Below, in pieces: positions 34,565 through 44,651 of a stretch of 64,000 bases of DNA; position 1 is the first letter of the stretch; each line of letters begins with the position of its first letter. The translations under genes and the position numbers were made by a program. The notes beneath the pieces were generated by a model. The model ran no database searches. It had not been told where the DNA came from and saw nothing but the letters and a program-made list of their open reading frames with translations. Source of the DNA: an uncultured Chloroflexia bacterium (GTDB lineage: Bacteria; Chloroflexota; Limnocylindria; Limnocylindrales; CSP1-4); the NCBI GenBank assembly GCA_963835945.1, contig CAWIHR010000077.1, positions 6,792-70,791 on the forward strand, given 5' to 3'.

Positions 34565-35091
34565 GGCGCGCCCCCTGGTTGGTCGGCCAGCCGCAGACGC
34601 AGTTCGGAAGAGAGTCGGTCGATCCGGGCGCGCATGTCGCGGGACCGCAACTCGCTCGTGGTCATGATGAGCGCGTCCTCGTTGTTGTCGGTGTAGTACC
34701 GCGGGCGTACGCCGACCGGGCGGAACCCGTACTTCTCGTAGAGCCGTCTCGCCGGCAGGTTCGACACGCGAACCTCGAGCGTCGCTACGGCCGCCCCGAC
34801 CGACTCCGCGATCCGCAGCAGCTCGAGGAGCAAGTGCTCCCCTACGCCCTGGCGTCGGCGATCGGGCGCCACCGCGAACGTCGTAATGTGCGCCTCATCG
34901 ACCATCAGCCACAGCCCCGCATAGCCCACGACACTTTCCCCGTCGCGTGCCACTAGGTAGCGAGCCAGCCGGTTCGCCTCGAGCTCCTGACGAAACGCGT
35001 ATGTCGGCCACGGTGCCGTGAAACTCGCGCGCTCGATCTCGTGGACGGCGGGGATGTCGTCGACACTCATGGGCTCCACGGCGACCCTCAT
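34561..35091 (-). CDS. rimI: ribosomal-protein-alanine N-acetyltransferase (GNAT)
   Basis: ATG at 35091 overlaps the tsaB stop. GNAT motif RRQGVGEHLL. Confidence 0.85.
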   Translation of the reverse strand: MRVAVEPMSVDDIPAVHEIERASFTAPWPTYAFRQELEANRLARYLVARDGESVVGYAGLWLMVDEAHITTFAVAPDRRRQGVGEHLLLELLRIAESVGAAVATLEVRVSNLPARRLYEKYGFRPVGVRPRYYTDNNEDALIMTTSELRSRDMRARIDRLSSELRLRLADQPGGAP

Positions 35092-35846
35092 TGGTGGTCT
35101 CGAGACCACTCGATCGTCTCCGCCCGCGCCGCGATGCCGCGTGGCAGGGTCACGTAGGCCGGCACCAACGCCGCGACGTCGTCTGTGCGGCCTCTGTCCA
35201 GCGCCTCACGTCCCGCCGCGAGGAGGGCCGCGCCGAGCCCCGCCTGGGCTGCCAAGCCAAGCTCGCACGCGTCGGCAGCAATCTCGGGGCCGGCTGGTAG
35301 GTCAACGACCACGAGCGTCGCGGCCGCGATCTTGGAGACGATGGACTCGCCGCCGGGCACGAGCTCCGGCTCTTCCAACGGCACGGCCGCGAGACTGGGC
35401 GCGCTCGATGCGTCCCACCAGCCCGGCGCCAAGCGGTAGCGTGCAAGGTAGCGATCGTGCGGACCCGCGGGCATGACCACCACCGTCTCGGGGTACCGCA
35501 AGCGTGCCCCGCCGGCCAGCCGCGCGGCGAGGGCAAGCGCGGCCGTCGAACGAACGCCGATTACCGGAATGCGCAACCCGCACGCGAGACCCTTTGCCGT
35601 CGCGAGTCCCACCCGCAGGCCCGTGAACGCCCCGGGGCCGGTGCCCACTACGACGGCAGAGAGGGACGTAAGCGTAGTCCCGGCCTCGCGCAGCACTTCG
35701 TCAAGGACGGACAGCAGCTCCTCGCCGTGCCGATAGCCCGCCTCCCACGACCTCAACGCGAGTGGTGCATCCCGACCAGAGCCGATCGCGACGGCCGCCC
35801 GCCGCGTCGCCGTGTCGATAGCGAGCATAGGCGACTCCGTGCTCAT
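35088..35846 (-). CDS. tsaB: tRNA threonylcarbamoyladenosine biosynthesis protein TsaB
   Basis: MLAIDTATRRAAVAIG N-terminal signature. ATG at 35846 overlaps the tsaE stop. Confidence 0.85.
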   Translation of the reverse strand: MSTESPMLAIDTATRRAAVAIGSGRDAPLALRSWEAGYRHGEELLSVLDEVLREAGTTLTSLSAVVVGTGPGAFTGLRVGLATAKGLACGLRIPVIGVRSTAALALAARLAGGARLRYPETVVVMPAGPHDRYLARYRLAPGWWDASSAPSLAAVPLEEPELVPGGESIVSKIAAATLVVVDLPAGPEIAADACELGLAAQAGLGAALLAAGREALDRGRTDDVAALVPAYVTLPRGIAARAETIEWSRDHQ

Positions 35847-36355
35847 GCCGCTCCGCGGGCTTCCGGCACCCACGCCCCGGCGACGGCGACGTATCGCTCC
35901 CCGCGCGGGGAGCGCGCGACGAGCATGAGCTGTCGCACGTCGTCGCCTGCTCCCCGAAACCGTACCTCCAGGTCCGCGCCGCCGACCGGTCCGCCGAGCC
36001 GCTCCGCCCACTCGATCAGAGTCACACCCGCCTGCTGACGCTCGTCCAGCAATCCGCCCGCCACGGCATCCGCGGCTCCGGCGAGCCGATAGAGGTCGAG
36101 GTGGAAGAGTGGGAGACGGCCCGTGTACTCCGCCATCAGCGTGAAGCTGGGGCTGTTGACCACGACCGTGACGCCGAGGCCATGGGCGAAACCCTTGGCG
36201 AACTGCGTCTTGCCAGCCCCGAGGTCGCCTCGCAGTGCGATCACGTCGCCGGCCACCGCCGCGACTGCGAGGCGCGCGGCGAGCGCGCGGGTCTCGTCCG
36301 CCGACGCACTGGCGAGTGCTGCGTGATCTCGTCGCACTGGCCGGGAATCAGCCAT
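35843..36355 (-). CDS. tsaE: tRNA threonylcarbamoyladenosine biosynthesis ATPase TsaE
   Basis: Contains [15 protein letters not shown] (P-loop), SPSFTL and HLDLYR. Confidence 0.9.
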   Translation of the reverse strand: MADSRPVRRDHAALASASADETRALAARLAVAAVAGDVIALRGDLGAGKTQFAKGFAHGLGVTVVVNSPSFTLMAEYTGRLPLFHLDLYRLAGAADAVAGGLLDERQQAGVTLIEWAERLGGPVGGADLEVRFRGAGDDVRQLMLVARSPRGERYVAVAGAWVPEARGAA

Positions 36356-37379
36356 CACGCTCGAGGTCTGCCATGGGGACGTCCACCACGTCCGTCGCCT
36401 CGGCGGGCGTAACCGGGTCGACAACGACTCTGGCGCAGTCCTGGTAGACGCCACCCGGCTGACGACGGAGACCGGGAAGCGCCACAACGCGACCGGTCCG
36501 GCCGAGCAACCGGCCCGAGGTGACACGCACGCGGTCCGGCTCAGCACGCAGGAGGACGGCGCCCGGCGGGAACGCCACGAGTGGTGGCGTGATCGTGAGG
36601 CCAACCACCGTTCCAGCGGCACGGGCAAGCGCGTCCCACGCATTGTGGGGGATCGGTCGCTTGCCGTACCCGTCCAGCACCACGAGCGCGAACGGCGGGC
36701 TCGCGTGCACGGACGCCTCCTGGCGGTCGATCGATGCTCGCAGCGCCACGACGTCGGCGCCGATGACGCCGCCGGCGATGACGCCGCGCACGCCCATCGC
36801 GCGCGCGCGCGTGAGGCTCTCGACGTCCACCCGCGATCCGGCGACCAGCACGGCCCCGGCATGCCGCACGTCGATGCCCTGAGCGTGGAGCTCGTCATCG
36901 GGGCCGGCAACCACCAAGACCAGGGGCCCGCTGGCCGGCTCACCGACCGCCAGCGCGGCCCGGAGCGCCGCCCCGTCAGCGCGGATGGTGAGCGAGCACG
37001 CGTCGAGCGACTCGATCGTCCCGGCAACCGGCGATTCGACCGTACCGTGGTGTCGCGATACGACCGCGCGCAACCGACCGGAGGGGGTGGCGTACAGCAC
37101 CTCGCCGCCACCGTCGAACCGCGATGCACGCCGGTCGTCCCCGGCGAGTGACCCGTCTTCCGCAACCCGGGTGCCCGGTGCGGGAACGCGGCGTCCACGC
37201 AGCGACTGCTCGCCAACCTGGGGATGCCGCGGGCGACGCAGGATCCCGTCCCCGGGCGCCACGCGGTCGCCTTGAGCGACGAGAGGTTCGTCTCCCGGCA
37301 ACACGCGGATCCGGATCTTCGGCTCGGTGAACACGGCAGCCCACGGCGGGATCCGATCCAGCTCCAAGTGCGCAGTCAT
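36348..37379 (-). CDS. hypothetical protein (343 aa)
   Basis: ATGA-coupled to the upstream gene and overlapping tsaE. Has a hybrid-barrel-like VLPGDEPLVAQGDRVAPGDGIL segment. No family assigned. Confidence 0.6.
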   Translation of the reverse strand: MTAHLELDRIPPWAAVFTEPKIRIRVLPGDEPLVAQGDRVAPGDGILRRPRHPQVGEQSLRGRRVPAPGTRVAEDGSLAGDDRRASRFDGGGEVLYATPSGRLRAVVSRHHGTVESPVAGTIESLDACSLTIRADGAALRAALAVGEPASGPLVLVVAGPDDELHAQGIDVRHAGAVLVAGSRVDVESLTRARAMGVRGVIAGGVIGADVVALRASIDRQEASVHASPPFALVVLDGYGKRPIPHNAWDALARAAGTVVGLTITPPLVAFPPGAVLLRAEPDRVRVTSGRLLGRTGRVVALPGLRRQPGGVYQDCARVVVDPVTPAEATDVVDVPMADLERDG

Positions 37380-38980
37380 GCTTCGGCGTTGGTCCACAGC
37401 GGCAGTTGCCACGCATCGAGATACTCTCGGCGGCGCTCTGGACGGTCGGGTAGTCGGAGCGGGACATCCCGCGTATCGACGAGCAGACCACCGAGGCCAC
37501 CCGAGAGCGTGAAGGCGACGCGCCGTGCCCGTGCGCCCACGACCAAGTCGTCGGGAGCGTCGAGCTCGACCGTCGCGGAGAGGCCCGGCGGGAGGTCCAC
37601 GACCTGCACACGGTCAGGCGCCAGGGGCAGTGTGGTCAAAGCGCCGTCCGCGATCACTCGCAGGCTGCCCCTGCGCCCTGCCCGCAGCCCAGGTGCGACG
37701 ATGGCGCAACCGAGCGGCACCAGGACGTCGTCCAGGAGATCCGCGAGGAGCCGCCGCCGATCGTGCTCGTCATCGAGCGTCCCGAGCGGCCCCAGGATCC
37801 TGGCGTGATCGAGCGTCAGGGCTACCGCGCCCGGGCGGCGTAGGACATCGATCAGCGCGAGCGCCACCGCAGGACCCGGGGGCACCGCGAACGCCCCGCC
37901 GCTCGCGACCACCACGTCCGGTGCGACAGGACTCACCCTGTGACCACCGTGCTCTCCGGATCGATCAAGGCCGCGGCTCCGGTCGCGACCGTCCGTCTGC
38001 CAGGCATCCTCCAGTCGCTCGAGCGCCGCGCGCGCCGCCGCCAGCCGCAGTCGTGCGCCGTCGCCTGCGGCATCCCGCCAGGGTGCGATCCGCAGGTTTC
38101 GGAGCCGATCGCGCACGGCGTAGGCGTCGTCGGAGAGCGGCGACCAGCGCGCGACCGCGTCGAGCAGCCGGTGGTCGTCGAGTGCAGCGGGCGGAACGAG
38201 CGCGGCGTCGGCAAGGACGATGCGGCGCCGGATCCCGTCCGGTCCCGCCATGACGCGCGTCCCCGCGTCGAACCCGACGTCCACCCCCTCCACCTGGAGG
38301 TCGAGGACGGCGGCCAGCGACGCGATAGACCGGACGAAGCCCTCGCGGCCGTCCGACATGCGCGGGACTGCCTCGCGCGCTAGCGCAACGGCGTCCGCCG
38401 GGCCATGGCTGCGCACGACGCGCTCTTCGGGGACGCCGGGTATCGAGTTGACTCCGGGTCCCGACACAAGCACCGGAACCATGTCCCGCAGGCCGACCAT
38501 CGCCCCGACCAGGGCTGTCACGTCGCGGAGCGCGTCGCGCTCGTTGCCGCCCAGCCCGCCGGGCGCCGCGATGACCACAAGGTCGAGGTCAGGGTCGCGC
38601 AGCGCCTGCGCCGCCTCGAGCACGACGGCTCGTTCAGGGGTCACGCATGCCGTCGCTTGCCATCCGTCCCTTTTGAAGGCGTGCACGAGCGGTTCGACTG
38701 TGCCATCGGACGCGCCGGCGACGACCACGCGGGCGCCAGGGAGGGTCCGACTCTCGACGCGCGCCCACTCCCTCCAGCCACTTGTACCGGCCAGGAGCGT
38801 CCCGTCGGCCGCTGCCACCGCGTCGGCCAGGTGGCTGAGCAGGGGGTCGATCCCGACCGCCGCGGGTGCCACGGTCGACGCGAGTAGCCGCCACCGGCCG
38901 TCGATGCGCGCCACGAGGGCAGCGCCAATCGATGCGGATCCGATGTCGAGGGTGAAGAAGGGGTGAGAACCGGACGTCAC
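37376..38980 (-). CDS. GlmL/MutL-like ASKHA (actin-fold) protein
   Basis: N-terminal FTLDIGSASIGAALV phosphate-1-like motif and C-terminal LSGGLGGLLVDTRDVPLRLPDRPERRREYLDAW. Resemblance to the glutamate mutase L family is from memory. Confidence 0.45.
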   Translation of the reverse strand: MTSGSHPFFTLDIGSASIGAALVARIDGRWRLLASTVAPAAVGIDPLLSHLADAVAAADGTLLAGTSGWREWARVESRTLPGARVVVAGASDGTVEPLVHAFKRDGWQATACVTPERAVVLEAAQALRDPDLDLVVIAAPGGLGGNERDALRDVTALVGAMVGLRDMVPVLVSGPGVNSIPGVPEERVVRSHGPADAVALAREAVPRMSDGREGFVRSIASLAAVLDLQVEGVDVGFDAGTRVMAGPDGIRRRIVLADAALVPPAALDDHRLLDAVARWSPLSDDAYAVRDRLRNLRIAPWRDAAGDGARLRLAAARAALERLEDAWQTDGRDRSRGLDRSGEHGGHRVSPVAPDVVVASGGAFAVPPGPAVALALIDVLRRPGAVALTLDHARILGPLGTLDDEHDRRRLLADLLDDVLVPLGCAIVAPGLRAGRRGSLRVIADGALTTLPLAPDRVQVVDLPPGLSATVELDAPDDLVVGARARRVAFTLSGGLGGLLVDTRDVPLRLPDRPERRREYLDAWQLPLWTNAEA

Positions 38981-39077
38981 CCCGGAATCCTACCCGGCCG
39001 CGGGTCTCGGCGCCGGTGCTGTGTCGTTGCCGACGAAGCCGAGGGGACAGCGGCGCCGCCGTTCCAACCGTTCGGAG

Positions 39078-39371
39078 TCACGAATCCCAGCGCGATTCCT
39101 CGTCAAGTTCCTCAAGCCGTTCGATCAGGCGCTCGATCCCGGTGTCGTCGGCCAGCACCCGGTCGACCCCAACGACCCCGCCAGTTAGGATGCCCCGCAG
39201 GACCGGGTCGAAGAACAGCATCGCCTGGCTACCAAGGGCGCGGTATGGGCGGCTCGCCTCGAGGAACAGGACCATGCTAGTTGTCAGGCCGCGCATCTGC
39301 ACCTCCCGCGCCACGGCGTCCACAAGCTCGTCCTGAACCTCGTCTGGCCGTGGGAACCGCGACTCACTCAT
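39078..39371 (-). CDS. hypothetical protein (97 aa)
   Basis: ATGA-coupled to the macro-domain gene. Acidic C-terminus. No family recognised. Confidence 0.55.
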   Translation of the reverse strand: MSESRFPRPDEVQDELVDAVAREVQMRGLTTSMVLFLEASRPYRALGSQAMLFFDPVLRGILTGGVVGVDRVLADDTGIERLIERLEELDEESRWDS

Positions 39372-40045
39372 CGCGCCGCCTTCCCGCCAGGAGCTCCGGA
39401 TGCGCTGCCCACGCCCTCGGCCGGACCGACAGGTGGGCCGGAAACTGACAACGAACGCTCAGCGGGCGACCCCCGGGGCGGCGCCATCGCGCCCACCAGC
39501 CCCTCTTTCGCCCCCGGCACGATCGGGATGGCGCGCAGGACGGAGATGCTCCCGATCTCGTCCCGGAACGCCGCGTAGGTCCGGGGTCCGCGGAGCGCGA
39601 TCACAACCTCGTCGATGGCAGGACACTCCGAGAGCATCTCGTGGATGGCCCGGACCATGATCCGGGCGCAATCGGCGAGCGGCACCCCACCAAGCGGCGA
39701 GCCGAGTGCGGGCAGTGCGACGACGTGGAGGTCCAACTGGTCGGCGAGGCGAACCGCCGCACGCGTGGCGCCGTCAATCGCGGCCGCAGACGTGCGCCGA
39801 TCCGGGCCGAGCGACACCGCATGGATGACATGCCGACAGCCGAGCGAACCGGCGCCGGTGGCCACCGCGGACCCCGTCGGCTGCGGAGCCATGGCCACCG
39901 CCTCGAACTCGATCCCGTGGCCCCCTCGCTGCTTGACGGCGACGGACAGACCGGAGGTCATCCAGAGCATGGGCGTGGCGGGCACGACGATCGCATCGAC
40001 CTGGAGGTCACAGATGTCTCCCATCCAGAGCCTGATGCCGCTCAA
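39368..40045 (-). CDS. macro-domain (ADP-ribose-binding/hydrolase-type) protein
   Basis: GDICDLQVDAIVVPA..GSAVATGAGSLGCRHVIHAV..LPALGSPLGGVP fits the macro fold. The TTG at 40045 overlaps the alr stop (TTGA), and an ATG at 40024 is the alternative start. Confidence 0.7.
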   Translation of the reverse strand: MSGIRLWMGDICDLQVDAIVVPATPMLWMTSGLSVAVKQRGGHGIEFEAVAMAPQPTGSAVATGAGSLGCRHVIHAVSLGPDRRTSAAAIDGATRAAVRLADQLDLHVVALPALGSPLGGVPLADCARIMVRAIHEMLSECPAIDEVVIALRGPRTYAAFRDEIGSISVLRAIPIVPGAKEGLVGAMAPPRGSPAERSLSVSGPPVGPAEGVGSASGAPGGKAAR

Positions 40046-41292
40046 GCCACCCCCACGCCGGCGCGGCGAACCTCGCCCGAGAGCGTCCGTACGCTCAGCA
40101 CCTCGCCGCCCGCATCGTACACGCGGGGCAGGCGCGACGCCATCGCCGCGACGATCTCCCAGGGGATCGTGGTGCGCGCGCGCGCCAGCTCCAGTGCCCC
40201 GATCTGCTCCGATCCCTGGGCACCGAGGAGCACGAATTCGTCCCCGGTATCGACGCCCGAGACATCCGTGACGTCGGCGGCGATCGCGTCCATCGCGACG
40301 CTCCCCACGAGCGGTACGCGACGGCCTCGCACGAGAGCCTCCGTCCGGCCGGCCGATCCGTACACCCATCCGTCCCCGTATCCGACGGGCAGCGTGGCGA
40401 CGCGGGACGGACGCTCGGCCCGCCAGCGCGCCCCGTACCCGACCGCCTCGCCCGGGGCCACGTCGGCCACCCGCAGCGGCCGGGCACGCAGCGACATCGC
40501 AGGGCGCAGCGCGGCGGCGACCCCACGTGCCGCCGGCGCGACGGGGAGCGCGTCCGGAAGGAGGCCGTAGAGCGAGAGCCCGATCCGGACCATGTCGAGG
40601 TGCGGCGCGGTCGCGGCCAGGACGGCGCCGCTCGCCGACATGTGCCGCAGTAGGCCGCGTGCTCCGGCGGCTTCCATGGCGCGGCACGCCTCACGGAAGC
40701 GGCCGACCTGCGCGGCACTGACCGACGCGTCGTCCGCGCTGGCCAAGTGCGTCCACGTGCCTACGAGCTCGACCCCCGGAACCCGCAGAAGCGATGCGGC
40801 CGCGGTCGCGGCTCGGCCCACAGGCACGCCGGCCCGCTGCAGGCCGGTGTCCACTTCGACGTGCACCCGCAGAGGCCGAGCGGCAGACAACCGGAGTCGC
40901 GCGATGTCGGCGACCGCGCGCTCCGTCGCGACCGTGACCTCGACCCCGGCCGCCGCGGCGCCGGCCATGCCGTCTAGGGGAGGCTGAAACAGCACAAGGA
41001 CCGGTACGCCGGTACCGGTCGCTGCGATCGTCAGCGCCTCATCGAGCGTCGCCACGCACAGGTACGCGGCACCGGCGCCTGCGAACACCCTCGCCGCCGG
41101 GACAAGGCCGTGGCCGTACGCATCGGCCTTCACGACCGCCGCCAGGCGCACGCCGGGATCGAGGAGCGTCCGGAGCACCTTGAGGTTCGATGCGAGGGCC
41201 TCCGCGTCGATCTCGAGCCAGGCGGAACGGGGCAGCGGCGGCAGTCCCGCCGCTGCGAGCCGGACTTCGATCGGCGCGCGCTGGCCAATCAC
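40042..41292 (-). CDS. alr: alanine racemase
   Basis: PLP-Lys motif AVVKADAYGHG. The GTG start overlaps the nnrD stop. Confidence 0.95.
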   Translation of the reverse strand: MIGQRAPIEVRLAAAGLPPLPRSAWLEIDAEALASNLKVLRTLLDPGVRLAAVVKADAYGHGLVPAARVFAGAGAAYLCVATLDEALTIAATGTGVPVLVLFQPPLDGMAGAAAAGVEVTVATERAVADIARLRLSAARPLRVHVEVDTGLQRAGVPVGRAATAAASLLRVPGVELVGTWTHLASADDASVSAAQVGRFREACRAMEAAGARGLLRHMSASGAVLAATAPHLDMVRIGLSLYGLLPDALPVAPAARGVAAALRPAMSLRARPLRVADVAPGEAVGYGARWRAERPSRVATLPVGYGDGWVYGSAGRTEALVRGRRVPLVGSVAMDAIAADVTDVSGVDTGDEFVLLGAQGSEQIGALELARARTTIPWEIVAAMASRLPRVYDAGGEVLSVRTLSGEVRRAGVGVA

Positions 41293-42254
41293 GCTTGGTC
41301 GCCTCGAATAGAGAACCCCACGCGGCGGGCGCTGCCGGCCCTTCGATCGCGCACCCTGGTCAGACGGTGGCGCGCATGCGCCACCTCGGCCGGCAGGTCG
41401 GAAGCTAGGAGCCCGCCCTCGCCCAGTCGCTCGCGCAGCACCTCGCCGGCGGCGCCATGCAAGTAGACTCCTAAGCGGGCTGCGGCGTACGGCTCGAGCC
41501 CCTGGCCCAACAGCGCCCCGATGATCCCGGAAAGCACGTCGCCCGTCCCTCCGGTCCCCAGGGCGGGGTTCTCGAATGGAGCGCGCGCGGCTTCACCACC
41601 CGGCGCGGCGACCACCGTCCGAGCCCCCTTGAGCAGGATGACTTGGCCCCATGCCATCGCAGCCTCGCGCGCCGCGCGCTCGCGCGCGTCATCGTCGGCA
41701 GACAGGTCTCCGGCTTCGTCGGGACGCAGGCGCCGGAACTCGCCGGGGTGCGGGGTCAAGACACAGCGCCGCCGCACCTGGTGCGCCCACCTATCGGTCC
41801 GCGAGAGCACGTTGAGAGCCTCGGCGTCCACCACGGCCGGCGCTCCTTCCGTGGCGAGCAGCGCGAGGACGAGCGCGTCGGTCGCGTCCGAGCGCCGAAG
41901 TCCGGGGCCGACCACGAGAGCGTCGTGCGGCACCCCCTGCAGGGCCGCCAGCGAGGCGTCCGGGTCGGCCTCCCAAGGAGAGCGCTCCGGGAGTCCCAGC
42001 GTGATGACCTCGACGTAGCGGCCGGCGACCACGGGCTGCAGCGATCTAGGCACTGCGAGGGTGACCAGCCCGGCGCCCGCCCGGCCCGCGGCGAGGCTGG
42101 CGAGCAACCCGGCGCCGGCATAGTCCAGCGATCCGGCGAGCAGAAGCACGCGGCCGTTGTCGCCCTTGTGGGCGCGCGGGTCGCGGACCGGCAGGAGCGC
42201 GGCGACCGCCTGGTCGTCGAGCAGTTGCAGCGGACCCGAGTCTGACCCGGTCAT
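41289..42254 (-). CDS. nnrD: ADP-dependent NAD(P)H-hydrate dehydratase (YjeF C-terminal type)
   Basis: Contains HKGDNGRVLLLAGS and GTGGTGDVLSGIIGALL. Confidence 0.85.
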   Translation of the reverse strand: MTGSDSGPLQLLDDQAVAALLPVRDPRAHKGDNGRVLLLAGSLDYAGAGLLASLAAGRAGAGLVTLAVPRSLQPVVAGRYVEVITLGLPERSPWEADPDASLAALQGVPHDALVVGPGLRRSDATDALVLALLATEGAPAVVDAEALNVLSRTDRWAHQVRRRCVLTPHPGEFRRLRPDEAGDLSADDDARERAAREAAMAWGQVILLKGARTVVAAPGGEAARAPFENPALGTGGTGDVLSGIIGALLGQGLEPYAAARLGVYLHGAAGEVLRERLGEGGLLASDLPAEVAHARHRLTRVRDRRAGSARRVGFSIRGDQA

Positions 42255-42799
42255 CGTGGCTCACCTAGACCGGCGGCCCCGCGCTGCTCCGCGGACAGCG
42301 CCCGGATCCGCTCCAAGCGACCCATGAGGCGGCGCTCACGCTCGTCCAGCCGCGCCTCGATGTCGGGCGGGAACAGAAACGCGCCGCCCTCGGTGCGGAC
42401 GCCAGAGGCGACGGCGACGGCGTACTCGCGTTCGTGGGTGATCGAGAGCGCGATGCGGCCCATCCCAAGCTGTCGGGCGCGCGCCAGCGCGCGGCCCGAG
42501 AGCCGCACGGTTGGTTGGCCAGTCGGGAGCCGCACGACCTCGATATCGCGCCATCCGACGCCGCGTACGCCCAGCCCCAGCACCTTGCTCACTGCCTCCT
42601 TCGCCGCCCACCGACCCGCGAACCGCTCCGCGTTCGACCGCACGTACGAGGCCTCCTCGGAAGTCAGGACCCGGCTGGCAAAGCGGGCGCCAAAGCGCTG
42701 CAGGGCCTCGCCGATCCGCGAGACGCGAATGATATCGACCCCGAGCTCGGGAATGGGGTCGCGCGCTCCGGAGCCTGCGTCGGTCAACGCGTCGGTCAT
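42251..42799 (-). CDS. acpS: holo-[acyl-carrier-protein] synthase with ~55-aa C-terminal extension
   Basis: Contains GVDIIRVSRI and RWAAKEAVSKVLG. The extra tail begins after about residue 125. Confidence 0.85.
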   Translation of the reverse strand: MTDALTDAGSGARDPIPELGVDIIRVSRIGEALQRFGARFASRVLTSEEASYVRSNAERFAGRWAAKEAVSKVLGLGVRGVGWRDIEVVRLPTGQPTVRLSGRALARARQLGMGRIALSITHEREYAVAVASGVRTEGGAFLFPPDIEARLDERERRLMGRLERIRALSAEQRGAAGLGEPR

Positions 42800-42803
42800 C
42801 GGC

Positions 42804-44630
42804 CTACTCGACCGTCACGGACTTGGCTAGGTTGCGCGGCTGGTCGACGTCGGTGCCGCGCGCAACAGCCATGTGGTACGCGAAGAGCTGGAGCGGGATG
42901 ACAGCCAGGATCGGGCTGAGCGCCTCCAGAGTGTCGGGCACAGCGAACACGTCGTCGGCGTACCGCGCGATCTCGTCGTCGCCCTCCGTGGCGACCGCGA
43001 TCACGCGCGCATCGCGTGCCCTGCCCTCCATCACGTTGCTGAGAAGCTTCTCGCGGACCGACGACCGGGTGGCGACCGCGACCAGCGGCACCTCCACATC
43101 GAGGAGCGAGATAGGGCCGTGCTTCAACTCCCCCGCCGCGTAGCCCTCGGCGTGCGTGTAGCTGATCTCCTTCAGCTTTAGGGCGCCTTCCAGCGCGGCT
43201 GGGTAGCCCACGCCGCGCCCGATGAACATGAAGCCTCGGCTGCCAACATAGCGGCGGGCGGCGTCTCGCGTCAGCGGATCCAGCGCCAGCGCCCGGCGCG
43301 CCTGGTCGGGCAGCGCGCGGAGCCCCGCGACCAGTTCCCGCTCATGCTCGGAATCCAGCCGCCCCCGCGCCCGGGCCATGACGGCCGCGAGCATGACTGC
43401 CACCGCGACTTGCGTGACGAACGTCTTCGTTGCGGCGACCGCAATCTCTGGGCCGGCCTGCAGGAAGCACACGGCGTCGGCTTCGCGGGTCAGCGCCGAG
43501 CCGACCGTGTTCGTCACGGCCACGATAGGGCAGCCGCACGAGCGGGCGAGCCGTGTCGCCGCCAGCGTGTCCGCCGTCTCCCCGGACTGGCTGACCGCCA
43601 CGACAAGAGTCCGCCCGTCGAGCGGCGGCGGCGCGTAGCGGAATTCCGACGCGACCGTCATGCGTGCCGGCACACCGGCCAGGGACTCCACAAGGTGCGC
43701 CCCGACGAGGCTCGCGTATGCTGCGGTGCCGCACGCGACAAACTCGACACGGTCGGCCTCGGCGAGCGCCCGTCGCACGGGGTCCAGCTCGTCGACGACC
43801 AGATGGTCCCGCACCAGGCGCCCGGTGACCGCCGCGCGGATCGCGTCCGGCTGCTCGTGCATCTCCTTCAGCATGAAGTGCGCGAAGCCGCCCTTCTCGG
43901 CCGCCTCGATCGTCCAGTCGATCGCATGCACGGCGCGCTCACGCGGCTCCCCGTCGAGCCCGGTGATGCGCAGCGACCCCGCGTTGAGGTCCGCGACATC
44001 GCCTTCCTCGAGAAACATGACCCGATTGGTGTACGCCAGGACCGCGGCGACGTCCGAGGCCAGGAATGTCTCCCCGTCGCCGATCCCGACGATCAGCGGC
44101 ACGTTCATGCGTGCGCCGATCAGCCTGCCGGGCTCGCCGCGGTGAAGCACGGCGAGGGCGTAGGCGCCGGATGCCCGCGCGAGGGCGCGCCGGACGGCCT
44201 CCCCGATGTCGCCGGCGTACTCCTCCTCGACTAGATGTGCCAGCGCCTCCGTGTCGGTCTCGGAGGCGAGCTGGTGGCCGCGCGCCTCGAGTCCGTCCCG
44301 GAGCTCCCGGAAGTTCTCAATGATCCCGTTGTGGATCACCACGATGTCGCCGGTGCAGTCGGCGTGCGGGTGGGCGTTCAGGTCGTTCGGACGGCCGTGC
44401 GTGGCCCAGCGGGTGTGTGCCAGCCCCGCGCCGGATGACGGCGCAGCGTCTCCGATCGCCGCCCGCAGGTTCTCCAGCTTGCCGGCCCTCTTCTCGATGA
44501 AGATCGAGCCGTCGCGGCGGACGAGAGCGATCCCCGCCGAGTCGTAGCCACGATACTCGAGCCGGGCGAGTCCCTCCAGCAGGATGGGAGCCGCCTCACG
44601 TGGTCCGCTGTAGCCGACAATGCCGCACAC
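42804..44630 (-). CDS. glmS: glutamine--fructose-6-phosphate aminotransferase
   Basis: N-terminal MCGIVGY, two SIS domains, C-terminal ..LAKSVTVE. Confidence 0.97.
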   Translation of the reverse strand: MCGIVGYSGPREAAPILLEGLARLEYRGYDSAGIALVRRDGSIFIEKRAGKLENLRAAIGDAAPSSGAGLAHTRWATHGRPNDLNAHPHADCTGDIVVIHNGIIENFRELRDGLEARGHQLASETDTEALAHLVEEEYAGDIGEAVRRALARASGAYALAVLHRGEPGRLIGARMNVPLIVGIGDGETFLASDVAAVLAYTNRVMFLEEGDVADLNAGSLRITGLDGEPRERAVHAIDWTIEAAEKGGFAHFMLKEMHEQPDAIRAAVTGRLVRDHLVVDELDPVRRALAEADRVEFVACGTAAYASLVGAHLVESLAGVPARMTVASEFRYAPPPLDGRTLVVAVSQSGETADTLAATRLARSCGCPIVAVTNTVGSALTREADAVCFLQAGPEIAVAATKTFVTQVAVAVMLAAVMARARGRLDSEHERELVAGLRALPDQARRALALDPLTRDAARRYVGSRGFMFIGRGVGYPAALEGALKLKEISYTHAEGYAAGELKHGPISLLDVEVPLVAVATRSSVREKLLSNVMEGRARDARVIAVATEGDDEIARYADDVFAVPDTLEALSPILAVIPLQLFAYHMAVARGTDVDQPRNLAKSVTVE

Positions 44631-44651
44631 AACCCTGCCCTCCTGTGCCCG

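Noticed and set aside
44631-44651. glmS ribozyme upstream of glmS
   Set aside because: Only 21 nt separate the glmM stop from the glmS start, which leaves no room for the ~170-nt ribozyme.
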